Origin: Eukaryota sp. TZLM1-RC | Taxonomy: Eukaryota > Protista > Metamonada: BaSk clade | Reading direction: 5' to 3' | NCBI GenBank assembly: GCA_040285825.1 | Contig: JAUPSS010000007.1 | Span: 272,501 to 336,500 of the forward strand | DNA: 64,000 nucleotides | In this document: in pieces, positions 23,772 to 36,540 of the stretch | Numbering within the stretch: the stretch's first letter is position 1 | Layout of the letters: the number at the start of each line of letters is the position of its first letter | Translations under genes and position numbers: made by a program | Notes under the pieces: model-generated | Databases searched by the model: none | Told to the model about the DNA's origin: nothing | What the model saw: the letters and a program-made list of their open reading frames with translations, nothing else

Positions 23772-25979
23772 CTACATCATCTCTTCTACATATTCACGGA
23801 ATACATCAACCAAAAACATATCAGATGAATACTGAATCCACCATGGAAAACAAGATAATTCTACTAAATATTCATTCTTGATTAGTTTAACAGATTTAAT
23901 TAAACCTTGATCAATCAGTTGTCTCGGCATTAAAGGAGATGTCCAAAGACTATATTCACTTGGTTGAATCAATTGAATGAATTTCAACGAGGGAAAGTTT
24001 TCTTCAGTGATATTGGCAGGAACATCATGATGAATTATCAATTCCTGTAAGTTTGGTAATTGTATTTCAGTATTTACTGAAACTTCCAATAGTACTTCAA
24101 GTCTATTAATACCTTGAGGTAAGGGTATTTGCGAGTTTAGTAGTTTTTCGGAAATATCACTAGATGAAACCAAATGCTTTAATGATGATAGATAGCTTAA
24201 ATCTACAAAACCCAGTACATTATATCCAAGCACTAACTTCACTAGTGAAGGAGGTAATTGTTCTATATTGAATGCATAAAGAAGCTCTAAAATTCTGAGA
24301 TTTGATAAATGGACCATATTAATAGAAAATCTACGGAATCCTGACTCTCCACCAAGCTGAACAACCTCAACATTTGGGAAAAATGAAAATATTTGTGGAT
24401 CATAATCAACACCATCATAGTAAACACCAAGTTTTTTAATTCTAGTATTAATTACTTTGGGACCATTGTAAGCAGTAGATAATCGTAATTGTAAATCACA
24501 AATATTTTCTTTTAATTGTAAATTTTCAGGATTTTTTGAAAATTCAAAACCATTGATCACTTCTCTGGCAGATTTAGCCACTTTCTTGCTAATTGAACAT
24601 TTGGTATAGAATCTGGCTTTTGTATAAGCATGTTTTCCAAACAAGTTCTTCAAATATTGTAAATATTCAAAGTAAATTTGAGAAATCAATCCACTAAACA
24701 TTCTATCCAAAGGTTGTTTCGAATATTGAAAAATGCCAAGAATTTCTGAACCAAATACTTTGACAGGTTTTGGTCGATCAATCAAATCACCTGTACCTAA
24801 TTGACCTTTATCGTTCCTTCCCCAAGCCCAAACAGTGTTTTTGTTGTAGGCAAAGAGGAAGTCATTGCCTAAAGAAATACCTTCTATATTAGTGAAAGTT
24901 TCAACACAAATAGGGTGATAAAGAAATTCATATGACTCACTGATTGCATTCAATTGACCCCAAACAAAGACTTTACCATTATTATCAATGGCAGAATAAA
25001 CGCCTCGGTAGCCACAAATAGTAGCAATATTACTTAAACCAAACACTTTGGTGGGATTGGTATTGAAAACCTCATTCTGGTCAATTCCAATCTCAAACTT
25101 CCAAACATCACCTTCCGAATCAATGACGAATAGCTGGTTCTTATCAAATAAAATAGATTTTTCTGAAAACTTTTCCTTATTTAAACAAGGAAATTTGGTA
25201 AATAAAACCTTGAATGACCTTTTAATAGTCCAATAGAATAAGGCATTATTAACACCAATAGCAACGAACGAATCACCCTTAGCGCAAAGAAAATCAACAT
25301 TAATTACTTCCTCAATTACTTCAATTGATTTCCCATCACCCATTTTCAAAACTTGACCTTCATGAGTCAACGCGAAGAAGCATCTAAAACCACCGTAAAC
25401 TTCCTTAATGATATAAGGAATGTTTATTGGAGTAATTGGCAGTGAGTTTTCATTTGAATTATTGATTTGACGTTTAGAATTACCACCCCAACCATACAAC
25501 TTACCTTCAGAAGAGAGGGCAAGGGAAGAATAATTACCTGCTGAAATGGAAACAATATTGCTGATTGGTATTTTGATTGGTAATTTGATTGTTTCAGGTC
25601 CATAAAAGGAAACTTGATGTTCTTCATTACGCCCCCAACCATAGACCTCACCAGAACACGTAAGGAGAAGGGTGTGTGCAAAGCTGCTGGAAATACACCT
25701 AACCCCAAGTTTTTGATCGATCAAACGGTTGAGAGAACCTGGCAATTCATGATGCCGATCTAGGTTGGTGGTGGGTTGTGCTTGGGTAGTAGATGGATGT
25801 TCTGAAGGTTGTGGAAAAGGGAAGTGGGAACAGAATCCATCCTCGCCAAAAAGTGGACTTTGAGTTCCAGAATCGGAAGCAGCAGGTGAAGAGCATTGCC
25901 GACAGAGTTTCCGGGAAGGGAATGGCGTGGAATCATTAGAGGAGGGGTGTTCGAAAGGGTTGTCTTGGTGGTGCGACAT
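23772..25979 (-). CDS. RCC1-repeat protein with C-terminal LRR-like region
   Basis: RCC1 blades GEVYGWGRNE, GKLYGWGGNS, VWAWGRNDKGQLGTG, then LxxLxL repeats (LSNLRILEL, LPPSLVKLVL, LPNLQELII). First ATG is at 25979. Confidence 0.85.
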   Translation of the reverse strand: MSHHQDNPFEHPSSNDSTPFPSRKLCRQCSSPAASDSGTQSPLFGEDGFCSHFPFPQPSEHPSTTQAQPTTNLDRHHELPGSLNRLIDQKLGVRCISSSFAHTLLLTCSGEVYGWGRNEEHQVSFYGPETIKLPIKIPISNIVSISAGNYSSLALSSEGKLYGWGGNSKRQINNSNENSLPITPINIPYIIKEVYGGFRCFFALTHEGQVLKMGDGKSIEVIEEVINVDFLCAKGDSFVAIGVNNALFYWTIKRSFKVLFTKFPCLNKEKFSEKSILFDKNQLFVIDSEGDVWKFEIGIDQNEVFNTNPTKVFGLSNIATICGYRGVYSAIDNNGKVFVWGQLNAISESYEFLYHPICVETFTNIEGISLGNDFLFAYNKNTVWAWGRNDKGQLGTGDLIDRPKPVKVFGSEILGIFQYSKQPLDRMFSGLISQIYFEYLQYLKNLFGKHAYTKARFYTKCSISKKVAKSAREVINGFEFSKNPENLQLKENICDLQLRLSTAYNGPKVINTRIKKLGVYYDGVDYDPQIFSFFPNVEVVQLGGESGFRRFSINMVHLSNLRILELLYAFNIEQLPPSLVKLVLGYNVLGFVDLSYLSSLKHLVSSSDISEKLLNSQIPLPQGINRLEVLLEVSVNTEIQLPNLQELIIHHDVPANITEENFPSLKFIQLIQPSEYSLWTSPLMPRQLIDQGLIKSVKLIKNEYLVELSCFPWWIQYSSDMFLVDVFREYVEEMM

Positions 25980-26084
25980 CAGCTGATGTTGAGGAGTTGA
26001 AAACAACTATTGGAGAGAAGAATTGAACAGAAATTTGGAATTTCAATAAAGCTCTACTTGTTGAACTTGTACACTTAACAGCAG

Positions 26085-26320
26085 AACTCATAACTAATGG
26101 GACGAGATTGATTCAGCCAAGATTTTCTTCTACAAAATCTTGGTCTGCTTGCTGTTTCGATCAAGGTTCTCTAATTCGATTGAGATTCCGGGACAACCTA
26201 TATATTGTGTCAAATTGAGATCGAGCAGGCCATAAAAAGATTCCAAATCTTTCATTTTTCTCTTTCGAACTTGTTTTTGGAAATTATTCAAAAAGTTACT
26301 GCTTCTACTGATAGTCTCTG
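26085..26320 (-). mobile_element. Old 3'-end fragment of family B
   Basis: taactaatgggacga..ccaagattt..ctacaaaatcttg matches 20047-20100. Confidence 0.7.
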
Positions 26321-26998
26321 CACAACAATTGCAAGTAGTTCACATTGCACATCCTGATTGAATTCGCAATTTATATGAATGAAGCAACCTTAAAAATCAT
26401 TTATGTTAAATTATTCCTAAATTCACGATCATCAACATATATATTATTCTCCTAAATACGCTAAAAATTAACTTATTTTGGCATATTGCTCCAAAGTCAC
26501 AATATGTAAGCAAAAAAATATTTCAAACATTGAATATTTCTTGATTTATTCAACAAAAATCACTGTTGAATAGTTTGAAATTTGTCAGTTTTGGTTATTG
26601 AAGCGGTTTAGTTGACATCTGGCTCAATGGTTCAACTGTGTATACAGTTAATAAGAAATTTATTCTTCAAAGTACTGATGAGAAGAACTTGCGGTTAACA
26701 CTCTTGCGGTTAACACTCAACTGAGTAGAACAGTGGCAACAAATAATAATGATTTGTTGCTTTGATAACAATGTTTTTTCCTCTTTGGCAGTTCAACGTA
26801 AAATACCACCAATGGTCCAAAAATTCAAAACATGTACAATTAACAAAATATTTCTCATTTGTTTCAATAATTAATATCGATAGCTATTTATTAAAAACTA
26901 TAAATTCTTGGTTCACGCACACACCCTGTCACACACACCAACAGACAAAGTAATTATTTTTTGATCCAGAAGATTGAACTTAAATAGACAAGATCAAT

Positions 26999-27993
26999 TC
27001 AATCTAAAATACGGAGCACAGCCCTTCCATTCAAAGTGAAAGACACCGTTTTTGATGAAGTCCAGCTTTGAGTTTTCTTTTGCTCTGTTCTCTGGTTGGT
27101 GACGGTCAATTCACCAGAGACAATATCAATGGCAATAATATCTCCTTCACTACATGGAATGTATCCCTCCTTCTCTAAATCAGCATATTCAATGGAACAT
27201 AAAGTGATGCTGGGTGGCTTTGTCGTGCTAGTTGGAGCTGTTGTGGTTGTGGATTTTTGAGCTATACCAAACGGAGGTGTAGAATAACCAAAACTTGATG
27301 ATTGTCCAAAAGCAGAAGGTTGTTGATAAGTAGGTTGCGAATTCTTGATAAACGCCATTGTCATCTTTCCGCGAACCATGTCAAAAACAAACTTGGCTCG
27401 CGAGAGGTTTTCACTTTGTCCAGAATCATTGATAAGTCCATTCTTATTGTCATTAGACATGCTGACAAAAACCTTACCATTACCCATGACGCAATTGTTC
27501 GAACTATTGTTTGAGCTACCAAAGCAGATGTTGGGTTGGATAGAAGAAGAAGTGGATGGATATTGCAATTGATCACTCAAATCAAGCAAAAAAGTTAGTA
27601 AATTTTCGGCAAGAGGCTGAGATGACCCCTGTCCACGAACACAAACTAGCAGATCATGATCATCATTGTCAAAAACCGTTTGAAAGAAGGTTCTTCGCAA
27701 ATCTTTGGATTTCAACAACATTTCTCGTATCATATCTCGGCAAAGATTCATAACAATATTAACATCGAAATAGTGGGCCCATTTGTAAACCATGAGTACG
27801 TTATCTTCGTTGACATCAGCTGCCCTGCAGTACAGAAGTTTGAGAAATGTGACAAGACTATCGGCTGAATGCGGATGTTCTGATGAAATCGACTTCACGG
27901 TTTTCGGACTCCTTCATTCCGTGTTTGAACCAGCTACGAAAGACATCTGACCAAAGAACAAGAACTCGTTCGTGAACTGGTATTCTCTTATCT
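26999..27993 (-). pseudogene. BTB/POZ paralogue decapitated by the LTR-element insertion
   Basis: DKRIPVHERVLVLWSDVFRSWFKHG upstream of ORF 26999-27898 (frameshift ~27890). Homology to paralogue 37420-38505 stops at 27993, where TGTTG begins. Confidence 0.8.
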
Positions 27994-28074
27994 TGTTGGT
28001 GCCCTAAGGCTTTTATAATATGAATAGAAAATAAATTATCTTTATCTCAACCACTTTTGCAACCTAAGGCAACA
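27994..28074 (+). repeat. Candidate 81-bp 5' LTR
   Basis: TGTTG...CAACA termini, TATAATA at 28014, AATAAA at 28030, starting exactly at the BTB breakpoint. No second copy in the window to confirm. Confidence 0.5.
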
Positions 28075-31000
28075 ATAATTATTGGCCGTATTAGGTTATA
28101 GGTATACCGTTTACACAACTCACAGCTATCAAACAGAGGATATCTTCAGCAGATATCATGTCAGTCTCTCCTCGCCAGGACACTGACTCCAGCCAAATTT
28201 TTTACATTAGACAGATGCAACAGTACGACAGAGATGCTTTGAGCATACATACAACATCAGTAGGGACTGAAGAGTCAAATAAAGAAGAGGACTCGGGCTC
28301 GAGACCACCCTCCGCCCCTCCTCATGAGAAAGATATGGAACCAGGCACGAAACCACCTCCCGTCTCTTCCAAATCAAAAACAATGGAACCAGGCACGGAA
28401 CCACCTCCCGCCTCTTCCATGTCCAACAAACCAGATAAGGTTTCAGGAACGGGACCACCCCCCTCCTCACCTAAAGAAAATGTTGAGTTAAGCTCGGATA
28501 CTTCGTCTGCCCTAAAGGACTACGAAGAACTCCAGTCCGTTTTAGAAGAAATGGACGACGATGAAAAAGAGCTTCGCCAACAGATAATGAAGGACGCGGA
28601 AGCTCACCTCGAACCAACAGATTACTGTCTGTTCGAGCAGCTCCCTCCCCTTTGGAAACAAATATCAAAATCTGGTAGAAATGTGGGATTCCAGACTCTG
28701 GGCCATAAAGGGGACCCTAATAGAGTCTACGAATTCCCTCAAAATGAGAGAAGAGAACTCATTAACGCGTTGGACACTTTGAGTAGAGAGACCTATGGAC
28801 GCGGGGCAGAACGCCGTCCTAGGATAGCCGGTATGGATAGAGAAATCCATGTGATTCTGGCAAAACCTATCAAAGTTAGGCCTGATTGGAAAGCCATTCA
28901 TTTAGATCAGTTCGGGAGAAGGATCAGGTTCTTAGCCATCGAACGAAGGAGCAGAACCGATACCGACGACATCCTGGAAACCAAATTACCGGCATGGATG
29001 GATTCGTACTTTGATACGATCATCCATAACTACTCAGAGGTAGAGGATGGGGCTCCTACTTGTTTCAGAGAATACATGGAACAAGCAGACAGCACAAATC
29101 TAAGTAAGTTGGATCCCGTCAGTGACTTCTTTGACGCGGACGCCCTAAATAATATACTTACGGAACGTTCAAGCGTATCCACATTTAGGAGCCGCCCAAA
29201 TAACTTCATTCAGCAATTCGGGGAATCAACGACAAGGAAGAAGAAGTTCAGGTTCTTGGTCACGGGTGATCAATCAACAGAGCTCCACCAGAGACCTAAA
29301 CTTCCTATAATTGCCCCCGTTATATCTGAAAAAGAGCAACCGGTACAAGTCTGTTCCATTGACGTACTCCCTGATCACATCCCAACAGTAGATGTGACAG
29401 AACGAGCAAATAGACCTACCAGAGTGGTTCAGGGACCATCAAGTCCCTCCCAACCTATGCTCACTAGTGCATCAGAAGACGAAGTCGAGTTGAGAGGACC
29501 TAGTTTAGATGAAACACCTCCTCCTCAACCCCCTCGTAGAAGAGTTACTTCTGAGGAGCCTCTCCATTTGGAAAACCTCCAAGCTTCTAGAAACATTTTG
29601 GATATGAGTATAGCAAGTAGTCTTCAGAGACATGTGGACTCTCAGCCTAGGTCAGCTGAACATAAAGCCCCTCACTTATCTGAAAAGGACCCTCTCAACA
29701 AGATGTCACTCGTCTCCTTCCTCCTCAAATTCCAAACATGGGACAAATACGGGCGCAAGATAGCCAATCGAAGCTTTCAAGCCCCTGGTCAATCTGATTG
29801 GTCTCGTGCTATGTTGATAGCAACCCAAATATTTGGCGAAGGAAAGATCCAGATTACCCCTGAGTTGTTATCATCACTCCCATCTCACATCAGAGAAGAA
29901 ATAGACAGGGACATGAAACAGCCACTGTTAAGGATCGACCCAGAACTGACGAAACGTTTGGGACCTCCTATCCATCATTATGACTTATTTAGAAGTATGA
30001 TGATTAGTACTTGTCCATCCGGCTCATCAAGCATGGTCGACCCCCATCTCATCTCTAGATGGCAAGGCCAAGGACTTCTAAGACCGGACTTCTCAGACGC
30101 TGACCTAATGGTTTTTCTGCCACGCAGGACACAATTTACCTCATATCACGAGGCTTGCTCTGCCCTAGCAAATCCATGTATAAATTGAAGAAACATCCAC
30201 AACAAAGTAGATGCGGACAACGAATTTGGTAGGTTCGTCGAAGATTTTGGAGACGTCCTGAGGATGACCACTTATATGGTTGATCACTCCATATCTGCAT
30301 CAATTAGGGGAAGCAGCGGTTTAATAACCCTCTCACCCGCCCTTATTGCAGAATATTTTCTCTTGGGTATAGTTAATTTTGCCATTACCAAGGAGCTGGC
30401 AAGCCATTGGACAAGATAAGATCTATGGGACCCTTCAACAGGTACAACTTTGTTAGACCTGATTTCGACCACCAGGAGACACTTTTCAGCTTGGTGCCAA
30501 ACAACAGGAAATAGGCACACCATGGAACTTTTGAGAAAACAAGCTGAAAGAGAAGAAGACATCCCATTAGGCCTTTCGACCATGAGAACGTTCTCTAGAG
30601 GAGCAACCCCATCTGGTCCATGTGCTAAACGTCGCTCGGGAGGCGGATCCAAAGGAACTCCCCAAAACAAATATGTCCCAGAAAGACATGAACGAGAGGG
30701 ATCTAAGTTCTGTACATTCTGTAACGTCACCGAAGGACATAATCCTATCGGTCACACGGTTTTCGAATGCAAAGACCCCCGTTGTACCAGGAGCAAGGTA
30801 CCAAAAGAATTGAGGTTTAAGATCGGCGAGGCTGATCAGCCTGCGAGAAGTGGAAGTGTAGTTAGAGGCCGAGGTGGCCACGTTAGAGGACATAAAGGTA
30901 GAGGTCAATATAGACCTATTTATTACATAAATACACAAGAGGATACATCATCAACATCATCCCCTTCTGAGAACGTGTCAGCTAGTTCGAGCATGACCTC

Positions 31001-33325
31001 TCACAGACGTATTGACCGTTTCAGCAACAGGGTCAGAAATACAGGAAACTTTCCCAATCGGAAACAAATCAACGCAATCAATCATAATCAATCAATTGCC
31101 GATTTCGGAAACCCAGTTAACAACTCCCCAACAGCTCAACAATTCTTACTAAATCCTCTACAATTCCACAAACCCAGCTCTAATATCAATAGTATTTTTG
31201 GTATAAATTCTACGGTTAGTGAGAACCACATCAGATCCCAGCGTTCTCCATTTCTAAGATTGGAGATTTTAATAAATAATATAAAAATGATTGCAACTAT
31301 TGATTCGGCAGCGTTTTGTTCGGTTATAACAGAAGATTTGGCTAACAAATGCAACATGTCAATTAATAGAGATGATACAATTGAGTTCTTACCAGCCAAT
31401 AACGTATCAAGTAAATCGCTAGGGAGTGCAACTGGTGTTCTGTCGTTCAACGTAGGAAGCATTGCGCACCAGGTACATTATAGACATACTCTTCCCATAA
31501 TCCCGGGTTCGAACAAATTATTAATAGGGATAGACATGTTAAAAACACTTGGGCTTCAGACGGATGATGGTCTTTTCATTAGATTAGACAAAGAACACCG
31601 CACTTTGTTAAATGCAGAATCTGAATTCGACTCAAGAATCGCTCAACATTCGATTGGGACCTTAGATAACCAATCATCGAGTCCTTCCGATTTTGAGGAG
31701 CAGTTAACTAGATCTGGTTGTGAGATAAAATTAGATGATGATGATAATAAATTAAAATTAACGAGTCTACTAAGAATTTTCAGCGATGTTTTTAGTGAAA
31801 CTCCAAACAGAAAAGGAATCGATTGTAAACCTCTAACAATCCCCTTTAGAGACGAGAATGCTATAGTACATAAACCTGCTAGACGATTAAATCCCAGCAA
31901 AATGGAAATAGCAAACAAAATATTTGATGAACTGATTGAAATGGGCTATGCAGTTGAATATAATTATAAATTCAGCTCTCCTATTGTCTTAGTTATATAT
32001 CCTGACGGCAAGAAACCCAGGTTAACGGGAGACTTTAGCGGTAAAGATGGAGTCAATGCCCACACGATTTCAGTAGAGCCTAATCTACCTAGGATTAGTG
32101 ATATTTTAGAATTTTTAAGTAGAGCAGATTACATAGCCACGCTTGATTTACCAAAAGCTTTCTGGCAAATGAATGTAGCAGAGAAGGACATTGAGAAAAC
32201 ATCAATCTCAATCCCTGGAAGGTCAATTATGTTTAAAAGAGCTTGCTTCGGATTAAAAAACATCCCAGCAGTATTTCAAAATATAATGATGGAAATATTC
32301 CAAATTGATGGCGTTTTCATATATATTGATGATATTATAATAGTTGGAACGACTTTCGATGAATTCTATAAGATTACAAAGAGTCCTCCAATGTGCCAGA
32401 AATAGACGTGTAAATATAGGTTTACGTAAATGTAAATTCGTAACATCCAAACACCCTATTGATATTTCAGGAAGCACCTTCCAGGATAAAACCAGATTTA
32501 TTAGTAAGAAAAAAATCGAAGCCTTGATGAGAATCCCTAGACCAAAATCAGTGAAAGAAGTTCGCTCATTGGTAGGATCCATCAATTATATAAGAGATTG
32601 GCTTCCAGGTATATCCGAATAAATAGCTCCAATTAATGAGTTAATTAAAGGAAAACCTAGAGTAATAAAATGGACCAACGAGCATGACGATTATCTTAAA
32701 CCAATAAAAGATTTAATAATTAATCACATGCCCCTTGAATTACCAGCTCCGGGCAAGCGCGTACTAATAAGTACCGACGCATCAGATGTAGCAGTTGGAG
32801 GCGTTGTTTGGCAAGAAATTGAACCATACTCCCCTGCAGGAACCCCGCTGAATAAAAGAAAAGTGAAACCTTTGTCGTTCTATAGTAGATTACTTACAGA
32901 AACACAAAGAAAATGGTCCACTTTACAGAAAGAATTATATGCAATTCTTCTGATTTTAACTGAAAGTTGTTTAGAAAGCTACCTTTTGACTAGACATCTA
33001 ACAATTTTCACCGATCACAAAAATATTGCATTCCTGGCCACGGCCCAGAGAAAAATAGAATTGTAAAGAGATGGCTGCCGATACTATCTGAATTCGACTT
33101 TGATATAGTCCATGAACCAGGTGAAGATAACCACTGGGCAGATATGCTATCGAGGAATATTGATTTAGATCAAAATGAGGAAACTCCTTCTATATGTAGT
33201 ATAAATATACCAGATACTTTACTTTCGAATTACGAGATACCTCCTATAGACGATGATTCTGATTCGGACTTCGAAGACATCCAATCAATTTCATCCCTAA
33301 GTAGACACCAGGACTTTTTGTAACG
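27994..33325 (+). mobile_element. Ty3/Gypsy-like LTR retrotransposon, 3'-truncated (gag-PR-RT-RNaseH; no integrase or 3' LTR seen)
   Basis: One frame from 28158 with in-frame stops at 30186 and 30417. CTFC..H..C knuckle, protease IDSAA, RT (SPIVLV, LDL..AFWQ, YIDD) and RNase H (TDASD, KELYAI, TDH, ADMLSR). RT follows protease directly, the Gypsy order. Confidence 0.9.
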
Positions 33326-33621
33326 ATTGTTGGAGATATTTGAAACGATCTCTTCGAACTAGTATTCGTCATGTGTGATGGGCTTTGGTCTGACAAATGT
33401 GAAAAGGGCAAAAATTGAAGAAAATTGAAAAAGATTAATCTTACCAAATTGCAAATTAAATTGAAACCCCAAAATCTAAATAGCTAAAAAAAGGATCGCA
33501 TTAGTGATACCATCCTTATGTTAGAAACAACTTGGGCATATTCGTTTCTATAAGGAGTCATGTTTTAATTTTTCTTTACAGTTGAGCACATAACATCACA
33601 TTAACATTTCAGAAATATCTT

Positions 33622-36022
33622 CTTTCCTTTTTTTTCATTCAGAATTTTTTTATTCAACAACAAAAATGAAAACATTAAATACACAACTAAAATTCCACAT
33701 CCTCAGAAACTGCCTCCCCTACATCAAAACAATTAATTGCCAAAGATTCGGAAAATTGCCCAAAAGAAGAGAAGTGAATCAGAAATTAGTTTCACCATTC
33801 CCTTAAAAATAGAAAAGACAATCCTGTTTTGCCAGTAAACAAGGTTGAAAATTCTTCCAGTTCTTTCCTTTACAACTACAACAAAATCCTCAAGGAAAGC
33901 CATAGCAGCCTCACCTAAAGATCCCAGCAAAGAAAAAACAAAGGGACATAAATTATATTGGGCATGAGAATTTTCATTAATCGAGGAAATGGGTTTCGCA
34001 TATTTAGCAATTTTATATTTTTCGCCTGCAAGAAGAGGATTATTTACATCCGAGTTAATGAGATGTTCGTCAGAGGAATTACAAGGGTCAATAGACATTT
34101 CGTCTAAAATAGTAAAACTACAATTTAAACCGGGAACAACTAGATCACCTCTTGTCAGACCCATAGAAGCTCTGTTGTAATGCGTACTATCAGTATTGGG
34201 ATTATCAAGAATTAATTTTGCGAACAACGGCTCTGAAAAGGAATATACTCGATATGATCTGCACATTACATAAATTTAGTCCCCGACGTTATTATGCACT
34301 TTACTTCTAAATGTAATGAAATGTTTACTGTCCAAAAGATGAGTAAACAAAAGACGTTTACCACATTTACAAGTAAAATGATTGGGCAAATTGTTTGGCC
34401 ACAGAAAACAACGAAAACGCACGTTTAAAAGCCATTCATTATTTTTTAACAAAATTCCATAAACAGAGGGAATTGGAGTTACTAAAGCAGCAGCTGAACT
34501 ATCACGAATATCCTTTAAAAAATTACCGAAAGCGGGATTATTAGTTTTGGTCAAGCCAAATCTTACTTTATAATCCAAGCCTTCATATAATTTAACCAGA
34601 TGGTGCTGAAGCTGTTTCAGGCAAAAACGTAAATTTGGAAGTGATCGGGTGAGAATTTCTTGAACATTTTGAGGAAAACACTGAATCCAGATATCACTAG
34701 TCAAATTATCTAATTCAGTTTGAAGTTGATTCAAATAAAAATTTGATTCACCGTGGATCAGATGAACATCATAAGGAAACCATCATAGGGATTATTATTT
34801 AATTCATTAACCTTTGGAAAAATTCAAAAATAAAATTGTATCCATCTCCTCAAAAAGCTGTTTTACATAAAATCGAAGTTTTCGTGAAACCAATTCCACC
34901 CAATTCAACAGAACAAAAAACATGACTTCGAATTAATGATTCATTTACCTCCAATAAAGAAGAACAAAATTTGACCCGAAGTTTGATGAAAGATCTACAA
35001 AAATCAGGAGATACTGAAGGAGGAATTGACCTAAAATATGAGTGAATTTTCCAGAATAACAAATTCTTAAAATAAAGAATTGGATATGTTTTTCAATATC
35101 AAATTCAGCAATAAAACTAAGATACTTGTCAAAATTCTCCAATAAATTGTTCAACTGGGAATAAAATTCATCCAAATTACCTAACCAGCCTTCAAAATAC
35201 TTGAACCCTTGTTGTTCATAATTAATGAAAGGAATTTGAACATCATCAATCAATAAAGATTGTTTTGTTCTTCCAATCAAAAGACGTTGTCGGGATTCAA
35301 AGCTAATCCAATGTCTTTGTATTCGCAGCAATGTCTTTAGAAACCCTAGAAATGCTTTCATAAGAACCAATAACAGAAATGTCATCCATATAAGCAACAA
35401 TACGTAACTCAGGGAATTCTTTCTGGGTCATTTCAATAGTATTATGAATAGCCAAACAAAAAAGCAATGGACCAAGAGAATCACCTTGTTTGACACCAGA
35501 AGAAGATTCAAAAGTAAAGGTGTCAAAGATTAAGTCCGAATTTTTTCCATAAATTAAGTAAAAATAAGCTGAAAGTTCTGGAAATTCTTGAAGAAGGACA
35601 TCGTAAATGCAATTACGCTTTACTGAATTAAAAGCATTTTTAAAGTCCAAATTGAAAATATACTGATGTTGCTGACTATTGGAAAAAAAACATCTGAAGT
35701 TATTGAGGGAACAGATGCACCTTCAATAGTTTTAATACCAAATTGAAAAGGTTTCAAATAGTCCCTTGCCTCAGTAGAAATTCTATTAAAAATCAGAGAA
35801 GAAGGCAACCTGGTTAAAGACTCTCTATTAGCAATTGGTCTAACTCCATAAGGTTTGTTACTTTTTTCTGGTTTAACTAAAGCAACTACCCGGACAGCAG
35901 TCAATTCAGGTGGAGAAACATAGTTCAAACACATTAAACTTTGAAAATAAATGGCAAGATCCTCAGAAATTTCTGGAGTATTTTTACAAGCAGTTTTTAA
36001 CAAATCAAAAGAAATGCCTGAG
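33622..36022 (-). mobile_element. 5'-truncated degenerate family-C-related non-LTR element (C2) with 10-bp TSD
   Basis: DFKNAFN, GVKQGD, AYMDD, and RGDL..D..EK.K..KY. T-rich tail from 33622. TSD GAAATATCTT at 33612-33621 / 36023-36032. Confidence 0.88.
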
Positions 36023-36540
36023 GAAATATCTTTTAATTTTAAGAAGTATCTGTACAGAATTTTATAAACAATATTGAAGAATGGTGAATTTTACGTCGGA
36101 TGATGCCAATTAGTAAAGCAGGAGCCAGCCAGCTCCTTCTCTGTATTTGGTGGTACCAACCCATACGTAATCATTATGAATTGTACTTATAACACGAACC
36201 AGTATGGACTTTCTTTGTTTGCTCTTACTGGGATAAATTATTTCATAAACTCTCTCCCCACTGCTTTCATTCTTTTGTCTATTAAATGTAATGATGGAAC
36301 TTGAAAATTTGAAGGATATGTTTCATCTGCTCACAGCATAAGAAACCATCACTAGAGACCGTAAGCATGTACTAGATAGCGCAATCCAGCAACACTTTCC
36401 TTAAGTCACACATCTCCTTTGTTTATGGCGTAAAAAATTGTTGAAACATGTCTGAGACACACGTGGAATGTGATTATGTTTTGTACAATGAATATCGACA
36501 AATCTGGAAACAAGAATATTATTCTTCCAATAAAAAACCG

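Noticed and set aside
26688-26718. Short tandem duplications (cttgcggttaacact x2; also ~12628-12663, ~14260-14293, ~38682-38705)
   Set aside because: Ordinary slippage or repair duplications with no further structure.
30284-31918. Antisense ORFs within the Gypsy element (and similar shadows over other genes)
   Set aside because: Shadow frames of the real coding strand with no motifs.
30186-32622. In-frame TGA/TAA codons in gag-pol suggesting stop-codon reassignment or programmed readthrough
   Set aside because: Host genes end at expected positions with TAG (NEDD1), TGA (IWS1) and TAA (TVP23, Src1-like). The element also has frameshifts, so decay explains the stops.
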